A stretch of 64,000 bases of DNA from Patescibacteria group bacterium (GCA_041737595.1 JBGSRK010000010.1:32001-96000); one strand, 5' to 3'; shown: positions 1 through 10,622, numbered from the stretch's first letter. Numbers and translations are program-made. Notes: a model not told the origin generated them from the sequence alone.

Positions 1-1278
1 TGTTTTAATATCCATATTTTCTATTAGAACAAAAACATCTTCGCTTACTGAACCGGGTGGGAATACTATTAAAATTGACTTATCTTTTGAGGTAACTTCT
101 CCACCATCTTTTTTTGTTACATTATATTTAACACGGTCCATTAATATCTCAAAAGTATTTGAATATTTTGAGTAATTGTTTGCTTCATCTTTTGCTCTTA
201 CCCTATATTTATAATTTTTACCTGGCTCTGCTGTAAAATCTGCATAACTATTTTCATATGATTCATCTATAACTTCCCATTTTTCTTCAGTTTTTAAAGT
301 TCTTTCAATTTCATAACTATAAATACCAATATTATCAGTAGATTCTGTCCAAAAAAGATTAATCGTGGCTTGGTCAGAATTATATTCTCCTTTTAGCCCA
401 CTAGGTTCAGTAGGTGCTTCTGTATCATCAGAATTTGAATCTTCATATGTATATTCTTCTGAATCATAATCTTCGTCAGCATATCCTTCATAGCTGCCTG
501 TCTCGTAATCATAATTTTCATCCGCACTTGGCTCATATTCACTATAATTATCTCCTCCATCAGAATAATCTGGCTCTTCGACAACTGGCTGTGTTGGAGC
601 CACAACCACAGGGGTAGGTTGTACTGATGGGGCTGGAGCGACAACCTGATATGAATTGATTTTTATAGTATAAGCTGTACTCCAACTTTTACTATAACTT
701 GTATGACCTTCTGAATCATAATAATCAAAAGCTCTAGTTCTCCAAACCCAGGTTCCGGGACTTAAAACAACAGTACCACTTGTAACTTCAGTGTTTTGAT
801 TTAAATTTAATTTCCAACCATAATCATTATAGCCACTTGTTTGTTTATTCGGGTAAGAACCACATTTAGGGTGGCTAGAGCTAATATCCCCGGGACAATT
901 AGACACTGGTGTTTTATCTGGATGGTGACCATCTGGGTCTTCGGCGGGCTTAGTACCATAACTTCGCCAAAAAGCTTCAGTTGATCTTCTATACATAACC
1001 TGAACACCAACCTTATTACCATTTGCATCAGTGGCTTTTGCAATAAATCTTACTGATCGAGATGATTCATTTGATAATAAATTTAAAGTAACCGTTGAAC
1101 CATTTGCACTAACAAATGCTCCACCGCTTGGACTATGTTGGATACGGACATTATAAGGGACTGGAGGTACATTTGTTGATGCATTACTTCTAAAACCAAA
1201 TATTGAAATTATACCCCCCATTAGAGCAAAAATAAAAATCAATAATGAAAACTTTTTAAAAAATAATTTCTTTTTCAT
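1..1278 (-). CDS. Secreted protein with acidic linker and fibronectin type III domain (3' end outside window)
   Basis: Absent from the ORF track because it has no stop in the window. ATG at 1278 reads MKKKLFFKKFSLLIFIFALMGG (signal peptide), then a D/E/Y-rich linker and DTEAPTEPSGL...LFWTESTDNIGIYSYEIER...YKYRVRAKDEANNYS (FN3 pattern). Confidence 0.8.
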   Translation of the reverse strand, partial: MKKKLFFKKFSLLIFIFALMGGIISIFGFRSNASTNVPPVPYNVRIQHSPSGGAFVSANGSTVTLNLLSNESSRSVRFIAKATDANGNKVGVQVMYRRSTEAFWRSYGTKPAEDPDGHHPDKTPVSNCPGDISSSHPKCGSYPNKQTSGYNDYGWKLNLNQNTEVTSGTVVLSPGTWVWRTRAFDYYDSEGHTSYSKSWSTAYTIKINSYQVVAPAPSVQPTPVVVAPTQPVVEEPDYSDGGDNYSEYEPSADENYDYETGSYEGYADEDYDSEEYTYEDSNSDDTEAPTEPSGLKGEYNSDQATINLFWTESTDNIGIYSYEIERTLKTEEKWEVIDESYENSYADFTAEPGKNYKYRVRAKDEANNYSKYSNTFEILMDRVKYNVTKKDGGEVTSKDKSILIVFPPGSVSEDVFVLIENMDIKT

Positions 1279-1311
1279 TGCTTAATATATTTTATCAACT
1301 ATTTAAGAATA

Positions 1312-3438
1312 TTACACTTTTTTTATTGGGGCATAATATGTTGAAAGAACCTTTTTGCCATAACCTGGGAAATAGATTGTAAGTTCGTCGTCATAAACCT
1401 TCCGAACTTCACCAACACCGAAATTTTCATGTTCAACCTTATCACCAATATTAATAGCCCCAGGGATTCTTTCTTCTAATATTTCATCTTTATTATCTAA
1501 ATCACTATCAGTATTAATAAAATTTAATAATTGAGGAGGTATATCAGATAAAAATCTAGAAGGCATATTTGATGAAATACTACCAAAAAATAATCTAGAC
1601 CTAGCATAAGTAAGATAAACTTCTTTTTTTGCGCGAGTCATACCGACATAAAAAAGTCTTCTTTCTTCTTCTAATTCTGATGGGTCAAGGTTAGATCTAG
1701 AATGAGGAAATATGTTTTCTTCAAGACCAACAATAAATACAACAGGATACTCAAGCCCTTTTGATGTATGTAAGGTCATTAAAGTTATCCCCTCTGCATC
1801 TGTATTATAATTATCAATATCAGCTATTAAAGAAACTTCCTCTAAATAATCAGTAAGTGTAATTTCGCCTTTTAAAACTTCATATTCTCGAGCGACAGAT
1901 AAAAGCTCATTTAAATTTTCTACTCTTTCTTCCGCTCCATAACTATCATCTGTGTAATAACCCTTCAAACCAGAAATTTGAATAGTAGCTTTTATCCCTT
2001 CTGAAAGTGATTCGTTAAATTTTTGTTTAATTTCATAAATCTTTTCAAAATATGTGCTTAAACTTTCATAGGTTCTCGTCATTAATATATTTTTAATATT
2101 TGAATCCAATATTCCATTTATTTTAATATCATTTTCATCACAATATTTTTTTATTTTATTTAAGGATAATTGGCCAATTCCAGAATTTGGATTTTGGATA
2201 GAACGTGTAAATGATACCCAGTCGTTTACCCCAGAACAAATTTTTAACCAAGAAAGTGCATCCTTTATTTCTTTTCTTTCATAAAATCTTACCCCTCCAA
2301 TTACCCTGTAAGGAATTCTGTACCTTAAAAGTTGTTCTTCGATTATACGACTTTGTGCATTTGTCCGATAAAAAATAGCCATATCTTTTATATTATATTT
2401 TGAAGAAAGAGATAATATTTGTCGACATATGAAAGATGCTTCCCCAGTTTCATTTGCTGATTCATAAACAATAATTGGTGTTCCTGCTTCGTTTTCTGTC
2501 CAAAGCTCTTTTTTTGATCTCTGATTGTTTTTTTCAATTACCTTTTGAGCGGCTGCAAGTATTGATTTTGTGGAACGATAGTTTTCTTCAAGTTTCACAA
2601 TTTTTGCATCTGGCCAATCTTTAGAAAAATTTAGTATATTTTCAAAATTTGCGCCTCTCCAAGAATATATAGATTGCCAATCATCACCAACAACACATAA
2701 ATTTCCATTTTTCTCAGAAATCATTTTTGCAAAAAGATATTGAGCTTCATTGGTATCCTGATATTCATCAATTAAGATATATTGCCAAATATTTTGATAA
2801 TAATTAAGAGACTCTGGATGTTCTTTAAAAAGTTTTACTGTATTTACTAATAGATCGTCAAAATCCATTGCTTCATTTTTTAAAAGTTCTTTTTGATATA
2901 AATTATAAATTAATGATATCTTGTCACCGTAATAATCTTCAGAATACGAATTATAATCGTTTGGAGAAATCATTTTATTTTTTGCATCAGATATTTTCGC
3001 TTTTATTGCCTTAGGAGATATTTTTGAGTCAGCCATTTCTGATTTTTTCATCGCGTCTTTAATTACTTTAATTGCATCATCTTCGTCAAATATTACAAAA
3101 TTATTTGGGTAACCAAGAAGATGCCCCCATTTTCTTAAAACACGTGCACAAACAGAATGGAATGTACCCATTGTGGGGAGATTGTTTATATTATTCGACT
3201 TTTCTGCACCATGAATCAGTTTACTCACCCTTGTTTTCATCTCAGTTGCAGCTTTATTTGTGAAAGTAATTGCAAGGATATTTTCTGGTTTTATTTTTTT
3301 TTCAGAAATCAAATAAGCAACTCTATGGGTGAGAGCTTTCGTTTTACCACTACCAGCACCAGCAAGAACAAGAATCGCTCCTTCGGTTTTTATAACAACT
3401 TCTTTTTGGGCTTCATTAAGCCCACTAAGCAAATCCAA
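1312..3438 (-). CDS. pcrA: ATP-dependent DNA helicase PcrA/UvrD
   Basis: AGAGSGKT, DEYQD, VGDDWQSIY, KGLEYP, EERRLFYVGMTRA, C-terminal Tudor-like VEHENFGVG; TTG start after AAGGAG. Confidence 0.95.
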   Translation of the reverse strand: MDLLSGLNEAQKEVVIKTEGAILVLAGAGSGKTKALTHRVAYLISEKKIKPENILAITFTNKAATEMKTRVSKLIHGAEKSNNINNLPTMGTFHSVCARVLRKWGHLLGYPNNFVIFDEDDAIKVIKDAMKKSEMADSKISPKAIKAKISDAKNKMISPNDYNSYSEDYYGDKISLIYNLYQKELLKNEAMDFDDLLVNTVKLFKEHPESLNYYQNIWQYILIDEYQDTNEAQYLFAKMISEKNGNLCVVGDDWQSIYSWRGANFENILNFSKDWPDAKIVKLEENYRSTKSILAAAQKVIEKNNQRSKKELWTENEAGTPIIVYESANETGEASFICRQILSLSSKYNIKDMAIFYRTNAQSRIIEEQLLRYRIPYRVIGGVRFYERKEIKDALSWLKICSGVNDWVSFTRSIQNPNSGIGQLSLNKIKKYCDENDIKINGILDSNIKNILMTRTYESLSTYFEKIYEIKQKFNESLSEGIKATIQISGLKGYYTDDSYGAEERVENLNELLSVAREYEVLKGEITLTDYLEEVSLIADIDNYNTDAEGITLMTLHTSKGLEYPVVFIVGLEENIFPHSRSNLDPSELEEERRLFYVGMTRAKKEVYLTYARSRLFFGSISSNMPSRFLSDIPPQLLNFINTDSDLDNKDEILEERIPGAINIGDKVEHENFGVGEVRKVYDDELTIYFPGYGKKVLSTYYAPIKKV

Positions 3439-3470
3439 AATAAGCTCCTTTTAATTATTATATAATAAAA

Positions 3471-4157
3471 CTAGTCTTCTTCTTCAATTTCTGAATCTTC
3501 AACAACTACAGAATAATGCTCGTCCGAAATTTTTTCTTGACTGTATTCATTTTTGCCTATTTTATAAGTTGCAAATATTGCACCAGCGTAAGCATACCAA
3601 AAAGCATAAATCATAATAAAACTAATAATTAAAATTATGCCAGTAGATGATTCCTTAATAGCATTATTTTCTATAAGATTAAGGATTATACTATCAGAAA
3701 TATTAAAACGAATTTTTTCTATTAAATCGGAGAATAAAGAAAAACCTGCAATAATGAGGGTGAAAGCACCACCAAAATATAAATAGTGAGTAAAATGTTT
3801 TTTAAAATCAATTGTTTGTTTTTTTAATAAGTTATTATAACTTTCATCTTGCTTATTAACAAAATCTTTCTTAATCTTTTGGTTATATATAAATATTTTG
3901 TATGACTGATAACCCCAAATCATAAAGAAAATAATAGAAGCTACGATTAACCAGATAATAACCATAAAACCACTTTTTATAAAGTAATTATCCCAACTTA
4001 CACCAGAAAGACCAACTTTAAAATAATCACCTATTAGATCTAAATAATAAAATCTAATTCCAAGATAACTATAAGAATATTGCCATGATAAAAAAATCAG
4101 AGAAAAGATTATTTTCCCTATAGTTGGTTTAAATATGTTTTTTATTTCTTCATTCAT
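3471..4157 (-). CDS. Hypothetical membrane protein (about 4 TM)
   Basis: 228-aa ORF with hydrophobic segments, overlapping the ferredoxin stop. Confidence 0.7.
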   Translation of the reverse strand: MNEEIKNIFKPTIGKIIFSLIFLSWQYSYSYLGIRFYYLDLIGDYFKVGLSGVSWDNYFIKSGFMVIIWLIVASIIFFMIWGYQSYKIFIYNQKIKKDFVNKQDESYNNLLKKQTIDFKKHFTHYLYFGGAFTLIIAGFSLFSDLIEKIRFNISDSIILNLIENNAIKESSTGIILIISFIMIYAFWYAYAGAIFATYKIGKNEYSQEKISDEHYSVVVEDSEIEEED

Positions 4158-4404
4158 TTTTTGTTTTAACTATAATAGCACAATCTGGACATATATTTTC
4201 ACATGTTTTACAACCAATACATTTTTCAATATCACACTTTACGGTAGCAGTCCCTAAATAGTTTTTGTTTTCATAATCAAATGAAAGACATTTTGCGGGA
4301 CACTTTTCTATACAAAAACCACAAGATTTACAAACTTCCGGGAAAGTTGACCAACTCTTATTATTTTTTTCATATTTTATTTCTTTAAAATTTTTTGACG
4401 CCAT
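4150..4404 (-). CDS. 2x[4Fe-4S] ferredoxin, delta subunit of 2-oxoacid:ferredoxin oxidoreductase
   Basis: CKSCGFCIEKCP and CIGCKTCENICP motifs. Confidence 0.92.
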   Translation of the reverse strand: MASKNFKEIKYEKNNKSWSTFPEVCKSCGFCIEKCPAKCLSFDYENKNYLGTATVKCDIEKCIGCKTCENICPDCAIIVKTKNE

Positions 4405-4976
4405 TTATCCTCTTTTTTTATTGATTTAATTATACCCATTCCCATTTCAAGAGCCTTGTGATTAAAATGCTTCAACTGAGGTTCTTTTAAATATTTATCT
4501 TTAAAAAATTCACTTAAAATTTTTATTGTTTCTTTTTCTTTAAGCCCACCAACCTCTCCCATGAGTGCCCCAAGGATAATAATATTAAAAACTTTTGGTA
4601 CTAGTTTTTCCTTAGCAAAAAATGTTGCAGGAATTGCTATTTTTGTATTTTTTAAACTCGAGATTTCTTCTTCTTTAATTAAACTATTATCAAAAAGAAG
4701 TATAGTTTTTTCATCAAAATATCTTTCAACCCTTTTTTTTGCACGAATAGCAAGTAAAACTACAATATCTGCTTTTTGAAATTTTGGAAAAGAAATTTTA
4801 TCATTAGAAATTTGAGTAAAAGCAAGAGAGACACCCCCCCTTTGTTCAACCCCAAAATTAGGCATATAAGTTACATCATAACCGGATTTATAGGCAACTT
4901 TTGCAAGTATTTTAGCAATTACTTGAATACCTTGCCCACCCTCACCAGCAATTAATATTTTATTTTTTTTCATCAT
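4377..4976 (-). CDS. 2-oxoacid:ferredoxin oxidoreductase gamma subunit
   Basis: IAGEGGQG, FGVEQRGG, NIIILGAL motifs. Confidence 0.92.
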   Translation of the reverse strand: MMKKNKILIAGEGGQGIQVIAKILAKVAYKSGYDVTYMPNFGVEQRGGVSLAFTQISNDKISFPKFQKADIVVLLAIRAKKRVERYFDEKTILLFDNSLIKEEEISSLKNTKIAIPATFFAKEKLVPKVFNIIILGALMGEVGGLKEKETIKILSEFFKDKYLKEPQLKHFNHKALEMGMGIIKSIKKEDKWRQKILKK

Positions 4977-5685
4977 CTACAATTCCTGTTTCATAAATTC
5001 TTTTAAGCGTATCTAAAAAATCAAAAGTTTTTTGAGTATTAGTTTTCCAGTTTGTGGGGCAATAAGATAATATCTCTAAAAAAGAAAAAGCATTATTATT
5101 TATTTGATTTTCAATTGCTAATTTTAAATATTTTTTTAATTGTGGGATATTATCAACACTTCCTCGTGCGATAAAAGCTTTTTTGTCTGCTACTTGTTTA
5201 ATTAAATTTGGTCCAAAAATTGGTCCTTCTACAAATTGACCTTCCGGGGTACTCTCTGTGTCTTCTCCAATTATAGTTGTAGGAGCTGCTTGTCCACCAG
5301 TCATTGCGAATACTGTATTATTAACCAAAATTACAGTTAATGGTTCATTTCTTTTGGCTGCATGTAAAAGATGATGTAACCCGATTGCATATCCCCCTCC
5401 GTCACCCATATAACTTATAACTACCTTTTTTGGCTGAGCTAACTTTATACCAGTTGAGACAGAAACACCTCTACCATGATGAGATTGTACTGAATTAATA
5501 TTATAATAATCCCAAGCAAGAAGAGAACAACCAATATCTGTAACAAAAACTGATTTATCAGAAATTCCAAGTTCATCTATTACAAAACCTAAATTTTTAA
5601 GAACAATACTATGGCCACAACCAGGACAAAAATCAGATGGTTTACTCTCTATTTTTACACATTTAGGGTATTTTGGTTCACTCAT
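4960..5685 (-). CDS. 2-oxoacid:ferredoxin oxidoreductase beta (TPP-binding) subunit
   Basis: FCPGCGH, DIGCS, GDGG...NN, MTGGQ, SYCPTNW. Confidence 0.93.
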   Translation of the reverse strand: MSEPKYPKCVKIESKPSDFCPGCGHSIVLKNLGFVIDELGISDKSVFVTDIGCSLLAWDYYNINSVQSHHGRGVSVSTGIKLAQPKKVVISYMGDGGGYAIGLHHLLHAAKRNEPLTVILVNNTVFAMTGGQAAPTTIIGEDTESTPEGQFVEGPIFGPNLIKQVADKKAFIARGSVDNIPQLKKYLKLAIENQINNNAFSFLEILSYCPTNWKTNTQKTFDFLDTLKRIYETGIVDDEKK

Positions 5686-6713
5686 TTTATCATCTCTCTT
5701 AATTTTTCTTCTATTTCTTCTGAAATAATACCTTGGGCAGGTTTATATAATCTTTCTACTGACAAATCCTTAACTCCAAAAAGTGACTCTAAAACTAACC
5801 TACCAAACTGGCCAAATGATGATTCTGCAATTAATATTTTTTTAGCATTTTTTACCGCAATCTTTGCTTTTTGTGCTCCAAATGGTTTTAAAGTAATCGG
5901 TCTAAATAAACCAACTTTTAAACCCTCTTTTCTCAATTTTTCAACTGCTTCTCGTGCTGCGCTCCCTACTGTCCCCCAAGCAAAAACTACTACTTCTGCA
6001 TCGTCACACTTTATGACCTCTGATTTTTCAACTTTTGAGCCTATTGCGGCAAAATCCTTTAATTCTCTTAATATTATTTGAGATAGCTCTTCTTCTTGAG
6101 AATAAGTATTTCTAATGTTCACAGGATGATCAAAGTCTAATATTGATTTTGCTGCCTTAACCTTACCAGCTTTTTTTAAAATTACTGATCCCATTGTTTT
6201 TGAAAGATATCCATCACCTAGAACTATAACGGGCAAGCGATATCTGAAGGCCCAATCAAAAGCAAGTATCATAAAATCATATAATTCTTGTAAATTTGAA
6301 GGCCCAAGAACTAACCTCATTGCTTCTCCATTTCCACCCCTTGTAGCAAGATTCAATTCTTGTTGAGAATAAATTACAGTACCGGTTGAGGGACCTCCTC
6401 TTTGACCAATATATGCAACAAATGGAATTCTTTCTGCCTCAGCCATTACAATAGGATCTTGCATAAGAATATGCCCCGCTGCAGCTGTTGCTGTCCAGGC
6501 TTTTTTACCACCAAGCGATGCCCCAAGTAAAGTAAATCCTGCTGATGGTTCATCTTCTGTTTGAAGAAATAATAGTTTTTTGTCTTTTGCAGCCTCCTTA
6601 GCCCAACCAGTTAATATTTCTGTGGTTGGAGTAATAGGGTAACCGAAAAAAGCATTAGCTCCCGCTGCTAAAGCTGCTTTAATAATTATTTCATTCCCAG
6701 TTAATAGCTCGAT
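5682..6713 (-). CDS. 2-oxoacid:ferredoxin oxidoreductase alpha subunit (probable ATC start)
   Basis: The frame stays open 83 codons upstream of the track start (6464) and reads (I)ELLTGNE...FFGYPITPTTE...QTEDE; RGGPSTG lies downstream. AAGGAGG is 5 nt before ATC at 6713. Confidence 0.88.
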   Translation of the reverse strand: MELLTGNEIIIKAALAAGANAFFGYPITPTTEILTGWAKEAAKDKKLLFLQTEDEPSAGFTLLGASLGGKKAWTATAAAGHILMQDPIVMAEAERIPFVAYIGQRGGPSTGTVIYSQQELNLATRGGNGEAMRLVLGPSNLQELYDFMILAFDWAFRYRLPVIVLGDGYLSKTMGSVILKKAGKVKAAKSILDFDHPVNIRNTYSQEEELSQIILRELKDFAAIGSKVEKSEVIKCDDAEVVVFAWGTVGSAAREAVEKLRKEGLKVGLFRPITLKPFGAQKAKIAVKNAKKILIAESSFGQFGRLVLESLFGVKDLSVERLYKPAQGIISEEIEEKLREMIK

Positions 6714-6739
6714 AAACCCCTCCTTATATTTCTATTCTA

Positions 6740-8830
6740 TCATATTTTTTCTGATATTTTCATCTTAGCATCAAGCCCAATTGCACCAACCCCATCATCA
6801 GTTAATATAAGTGGGTTAACTTCAACTGACTCTATTTCTGGGTGTTCAGATATTAATTGGGCTAGACCCATAAGAACATCGATTAATTTTTTTTCATTAT
6901 AAATAGTATTCTTCCTATATCCTTTAATAATTTTTGAAACTGAGGTACTCGCAATAAGATTTTTAAGTTTTTCTCTATCAAAAGGGCCAATAGTGACAGC
7001 AACATCTGAAATAAGCTCAACAAATATACCTCCTGCACCAAATAAAATAACGGGTCCAAAAACTTTATCTCTCTTTGCACCAATAATTAATTCTAAACCT
7101 TCTTTAGCTGTTTCCATCATAGTGATACCTTCTATTTTAGCTTTAGGAAGATGTGTATTAACATTTGAAATAATCTTATTAAAAGATTTTTCAGCCTCTT
7201 CAATTGTTGTAACTCCAAGAACAATACCACCTACATCAGTTTTATGGATAACATCAGGAGATAAAATTTTCATTACAATAGGCTTCGCCAACTTATCAAA
7301 ACTTTTTTTAATTTCTGATTTATTTTTAACTACCAGATTTTCTGAGATAGGTACATCATACAAATTTAAAAGACTAATTATTCTAGTTTGACTAATATTT
7401 TTATTAGAAAAATTAATTAATGATTTTGCAATTTTATGTTTTGGATGCTGAATTATTCTTTTAATTTCAACTAACTTTGTTTTTTTAAATTTAGATTGGA
7501 AAGAAAAAGCACGGATAGCTCTTTCAGGATATGAAAAAACAGAAATATTATTTTCTGAACATATCTCCTTGGCTCTCTTTATTAATTCTCCACCAATAAA
7601 ATTAACAAATATTGGTTTTTTTGTTTGCTGTTTTAACCTTGCGATTTTCCAAGCAATTTCTTCAATTTCTGTCATAGCTTGAGGTGTCGCGATTATTAAT
7701 AACCCATCAACTCCTTTATCTTTTTCGCATAAACTAATAGCTAGTGAAAAATCATCACTTGTTGCATCCCCCCTCAGATCTATTGGGTTTGCAACAGATG
7801 CTGCATTTGTTTTAGAAATTAAATTATGGGTAGTAAAACTTGAAAGTTTTGCAAGTTCAACTCCTTCTTCAGAACAAGCATCAGCCGCAAGAACGGAAGG
7901 GCCCCCTGCATTAGATATTACCGCCAAGCGATTCCCCTTAGGAAATGGATTTTGGGAAAAAGAAACCGCAAGCTCGAATAAATCACTTAGATTTTTAGCC
8001 ATAATAACACCTGATTCTTTTAGCGCTGCTTCAAAAACTTTCTCATCTTGAGCAAGTGCCGCTGTGTGTAAACTGGCGGCCATATTTCCATCATGGGTCA
8101 TACCACCCTTTAAAATAATAAGTGGTTTTTTTGAAGTAAATTTTTTAGCTGCGTCTATAAACCCCGGACCATCTTTAATATCTTCTAAATAACCAATCGC
8201 AAGTTCAACATTGTCATCGTCTTCCCAATCTGTAATAAGATCTTTTTCTGATATATCTGATTTATTACCCAAACTAACAAAATATGAAAAACCAAAATCT
8301 TCTCCATTAGCAAAATCAAGCATAGCAGCCCCCATTGCCCCACTTTGAGAAAAAATACCTACTCGATATTTTGCAGGAAGTTTTGCTGTCGCAAATGAAG
8401 CATTAAAATTATCAAAGTTATTTATAACCCCTAAACAATTAGGGCCAAGAACTCTTATCCCATAACTCTTTGCAATTTTAATAATTTCTTTTTCTTTTTC
8501 TAACCCTTCATTGCCTGATTCTGAAAAACCAGAAGTAATAATTATTACCGTAGGTATTTTCTTTTTACCACATGATTCAAGCACCTTAATAACTAATTTA
8601 TCTGGAACAGAAATAATAGCAAGATCAATATTATCTTTTACATCTAGCACCGATGAATACATTTTACTTCCTAAAATAGTTTCTGCATTTGGGTTTATAC
8701 CATAAACTTTTTTATCTTTTACGTTTTTTAAATTATCAAAAAGAATATAACCAATTTTACCTGGTTCTCGTGAAACCCCTATAACCGCAATTTTTTTAGG
8801 ATTTAATAAATTTTTCAAAAGACCCTCCAA
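6740..8830 (-). CDS. ADP-forming acetate--CoA ligase, fused alpha/beta
   Basis: PKKIAVIGVS, GPNCLG, SQSG, SLGN, HTAAL, NAGG, HKTDVGG, FGPVILFGAGG, EVNPL. The real start may be TTG at 8818 after GGAGGG. Confidence 0.92.
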   Translation of the reverse strand: MEGLLKNLLNPKKIAVIGVSREPGKIGYILFDNLKNVKDKKVYGINPNAETILGSKMYSSVLDVKDNIDLAIISVPDKLVIKVLESCGKKKIPTVIIITSGFSESGNEGLEKEKEIIKIAKSYGIRVLGPNCLGVINNFDNFNASFATAKLPAKYRVGIFSQSGAMGAAMLDFANGEDFGFSYFVSLGNKSDISEKDLITDWEDDDNVELAIGYLEDIKDGPGFIDAAKKFTSKKPLIILKGGMTHDGNMAASLHTAALAQDEKVFEAALKESGVIMAKNLSDLFELAVSFSQNPFPKGNRLAVISNAGGPSVLAADACSEEGVELAKLSSFTTHNLISKTNAASVANPIDLRGDATSDDFSLAISLCEKDKGVDGLLIIATPQAMTEIEEIAWKIARLKQQTKKPIFVNFIGGELIKRAKEICSENNISVFSYPERAIRAFSFQSKFKKTKLVEIKRIIQHPKHKIAKSLINFSNKNISQTRIISLLNLYDVPISENLVVKNKSEIKKSFDKLAKPIVMKILSPDVIHKTDVGGIVLGVTTIEEAEKSFNKIISNVNTHLPKAKIEGITMMETAKEGLELIIGAKRDKVFGPVILFGAGGIFVELISDVAVTIGPFDREKLKNLIASTSVSKIIKGYRKNTIYNEKKLIDVLMGLAQLISEHPEIESVEVNPLILTDDGVGAIGLDAKMKISEKI

Positions 8831-8835
8831 ATTAT

Positions 8836-9669
8836 TTAAGACAATATTATTGATCCAACTATTTTTGTAAGTTCATCTGCATAGCCACCGGTTTCTTCGA
8901 AGATAAATACTGTTGCCCCTTTTAATACTACAAAAGTAGTCATTTGAACCCCTGATGAGGCATTATATGTAAATTTTTTACCTGCTATACCTGATACTGT
9001 TATATTTTCAACAACAACATTTGATTGTTTTGATAAATCAGCCTCTACAATCTCTTGTGACTTCTTAGTCGTTCGGATAATTACTAATGGTAATTGTGAA
9101 GGATCAAGTGATGGTGATAACTGTGTTCCAAGTCCAACATAACTTTCAGATTCAGTCGCAGGGTTTGACCCATAATCTTGTACAACCCAACTTACGGGGT
9201 ATCTTAATGAATAACCAATATTTTTATTTTGATAAGTCTTCCAATCCTTAATTGGGTCTTCTGCTGGCGGTTGTGTAGTTGTATAACTTTTACTAATCCA
9301 ACCTGTTTTTTCTTGATAAGTAACTTTGTACCAATCTCCCTGAGTTTCTTCAGCTGTTAATTGTGTCCCATTAGGAATTATTAACAAAGAACGAGATTTA
9401 GGTTCCGGTTTTTCTCTCATAAAGAGTCCTCCATCGGCCGTTACCCATAAACTAAGTTTTTGAACAAGAGGACGATCCCCTGTTTCATATTTTACTTCTG
9501 TTTTTTTATTATTTTGAGGGATAACATGAGGGGTAAGCAAAACAACACCAAAAACTAATATAATTATTGAAAAAATTACAATTGAATAAATTACCCACTT
9601 ATTCATTTTTTTGAATTTTGGAATTTTTAGTGTCTTTTTTCTTGGATTTAAATTTTTTGCTAAAGCCAT
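8836..9669 (-). CDS. Membrane-anchored SH3b domain protein with PsbP-like C-terminal domain
   Basis: N-terminal TM; GLFMREKP...GDWYKVTY..GWI (SH3b); WKTYQNKNIGYSLRYPVSW. Confidence 0.75.
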   Translation of the reverse strand: MALAKNLNPRKKTLKIPKFKKMNKWVIYSIVIFSIIILVFGVVLLTPHVIPQNNKKTEVKYETGDRPLVQKLSLWVTADGGLFMREKPEPKSRSLLIIPNGTQLTAEETQGDWYKVTYQEKTGWISKSYTTTQPPAEDPIKDWKTYQNKNIGYSLRYPVSWVVQDYGSNPATESESYVGLGTQLSPSLDPSQLPLVIIRTTKKSQEIVEADLSKQSNVVVENITVSGIAGKKFTYNASSGVQMTTFVVLKGATVFIFEETGGYADELTKIVGSIILS

Positions 9670-10622
9670 TTTGAACTTCTGATATTATTATATGTCAAAA
9701 GTCCAGAAGTAGCACCCATTTTAGACACAACAGATGCAGCGTTAATAGAAGATATCTTTAAACAATATGAAATATCATAGTTATTTATTACACCAAAAAC
9801 AAACGTAGAACCAAATGAATCTCCAGCGCCAGTTGTGTCTATAACATTTTTAGAAAAAGCATTAGTATGAAATGTCTTACCACCCGAAATCGCATGTGAA
9901 CCTTCTCCATCTTCTGTAATTACCGAAATTTTAGCCCCCATTTTTTCAATTTCTGTAAGTAAACTTTTTTCATTTTTGGGGATTTTTTTATTTTTAGTAA
10001 AAACTAGTTGTTCAGCTTCTTGATAATTTAATATAATAATTTCTGCTTCAGATATCATCTCCTTAAGATAATGATATCCTTCCGAAAGTTGTTCAGAGCC
10101 TGGGTTAAAAGCAATTTTAATTTTATGTTTTTTTGCAAAAACAAAAAAATCAGGCAACAATTTAGCAGAAGAACCTGTTAAAGAACTAATATAAAACCAT
10201 TTAGTATTTTTAAATGGTCTCCATCTTTCGATCATAAGATGATTATTTGCTCCTCTTTCTAAAAATCCTGTATGCTCATTATCTTCCCCTAATATAAAAA
10301 TGGAAAGACCAGTATGTAATGATTTATCTTTTCTAATAAATTTAGTTGAAACACCATATTTTTTTAATTGTTCAATCGCAAGGCTACCAGTGCCTTCTGA
10401 ACCAATATTGCATACAGAAGCTGATTTAAGACCAAGTTTTGAAAAATTGATTGCGGTATTAAAAGCTCCACCTCCATAAGAATAAAAAGAAGATTCAGAA
10501 ACTAATTTTTCTCCATATGGTATTATTAAAGATTTTTTTTCGCCCAACTTTTCAACTTTTATTTTATTGTATTCAAAAAAAATATCTCTGGTTAAACCAC
10601 CTATGGAAATTACATCAAACAT
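9660..10622 (-). CDS. PfkB-family carbohydrate kinase
   Basis: GGGAFNTA, FNPG, DTTGAGDSFGS. Confidence 0.9.
   Translation of the reverse strand: MFDVISIGGLTRDIFFEYNKIKVEKLGEKKSLIIPYGEKLVSESSFYSYGGGAFNTAINFSKLGLKSASVCNIGSEGTGSLAIEQLKKYGVSTKFIRKDKSLHTGLSIFILGEDNEHTGFLERGANNHLMIERWRPFKNTKWFYISSLTGSSAKLLPDFFVFAKKHKIKIAFNPGSEQLSEGYHYLKEMISEAEIIILNYQEAEQLVFTKNKKIPKNEKSLLTEIEKMGAKISVITEDGEGSHAISGGKTFHTNAFSKNVIDTTGAGDSFGSTFVFGVINNYDISYCLKISSINAASVVSKMGATSGLLTYNNIRSSKWL

Noticed and set aside
393-1043. Short track ORFs 393..644, 414..617 and 807..1043
   Set aside because: They are shadows of the long minus-strand FN3 gene starting at 1278
6732-6743. In-frame ATG-ATA-GAA-TAG overlapping the acd stop, suggesting amber read-through or recoding for the oxidoreductase alpha gene
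   Set aside because: TAG is a real stop for eno, fba and others here. The same bases form an extended -10 (TGATAGAAT) followed by a strong SD spaced for ATC, and pilM shows the same pattern with no upstream ATG. A point mutation or sequencing error cannot be fully excluded.
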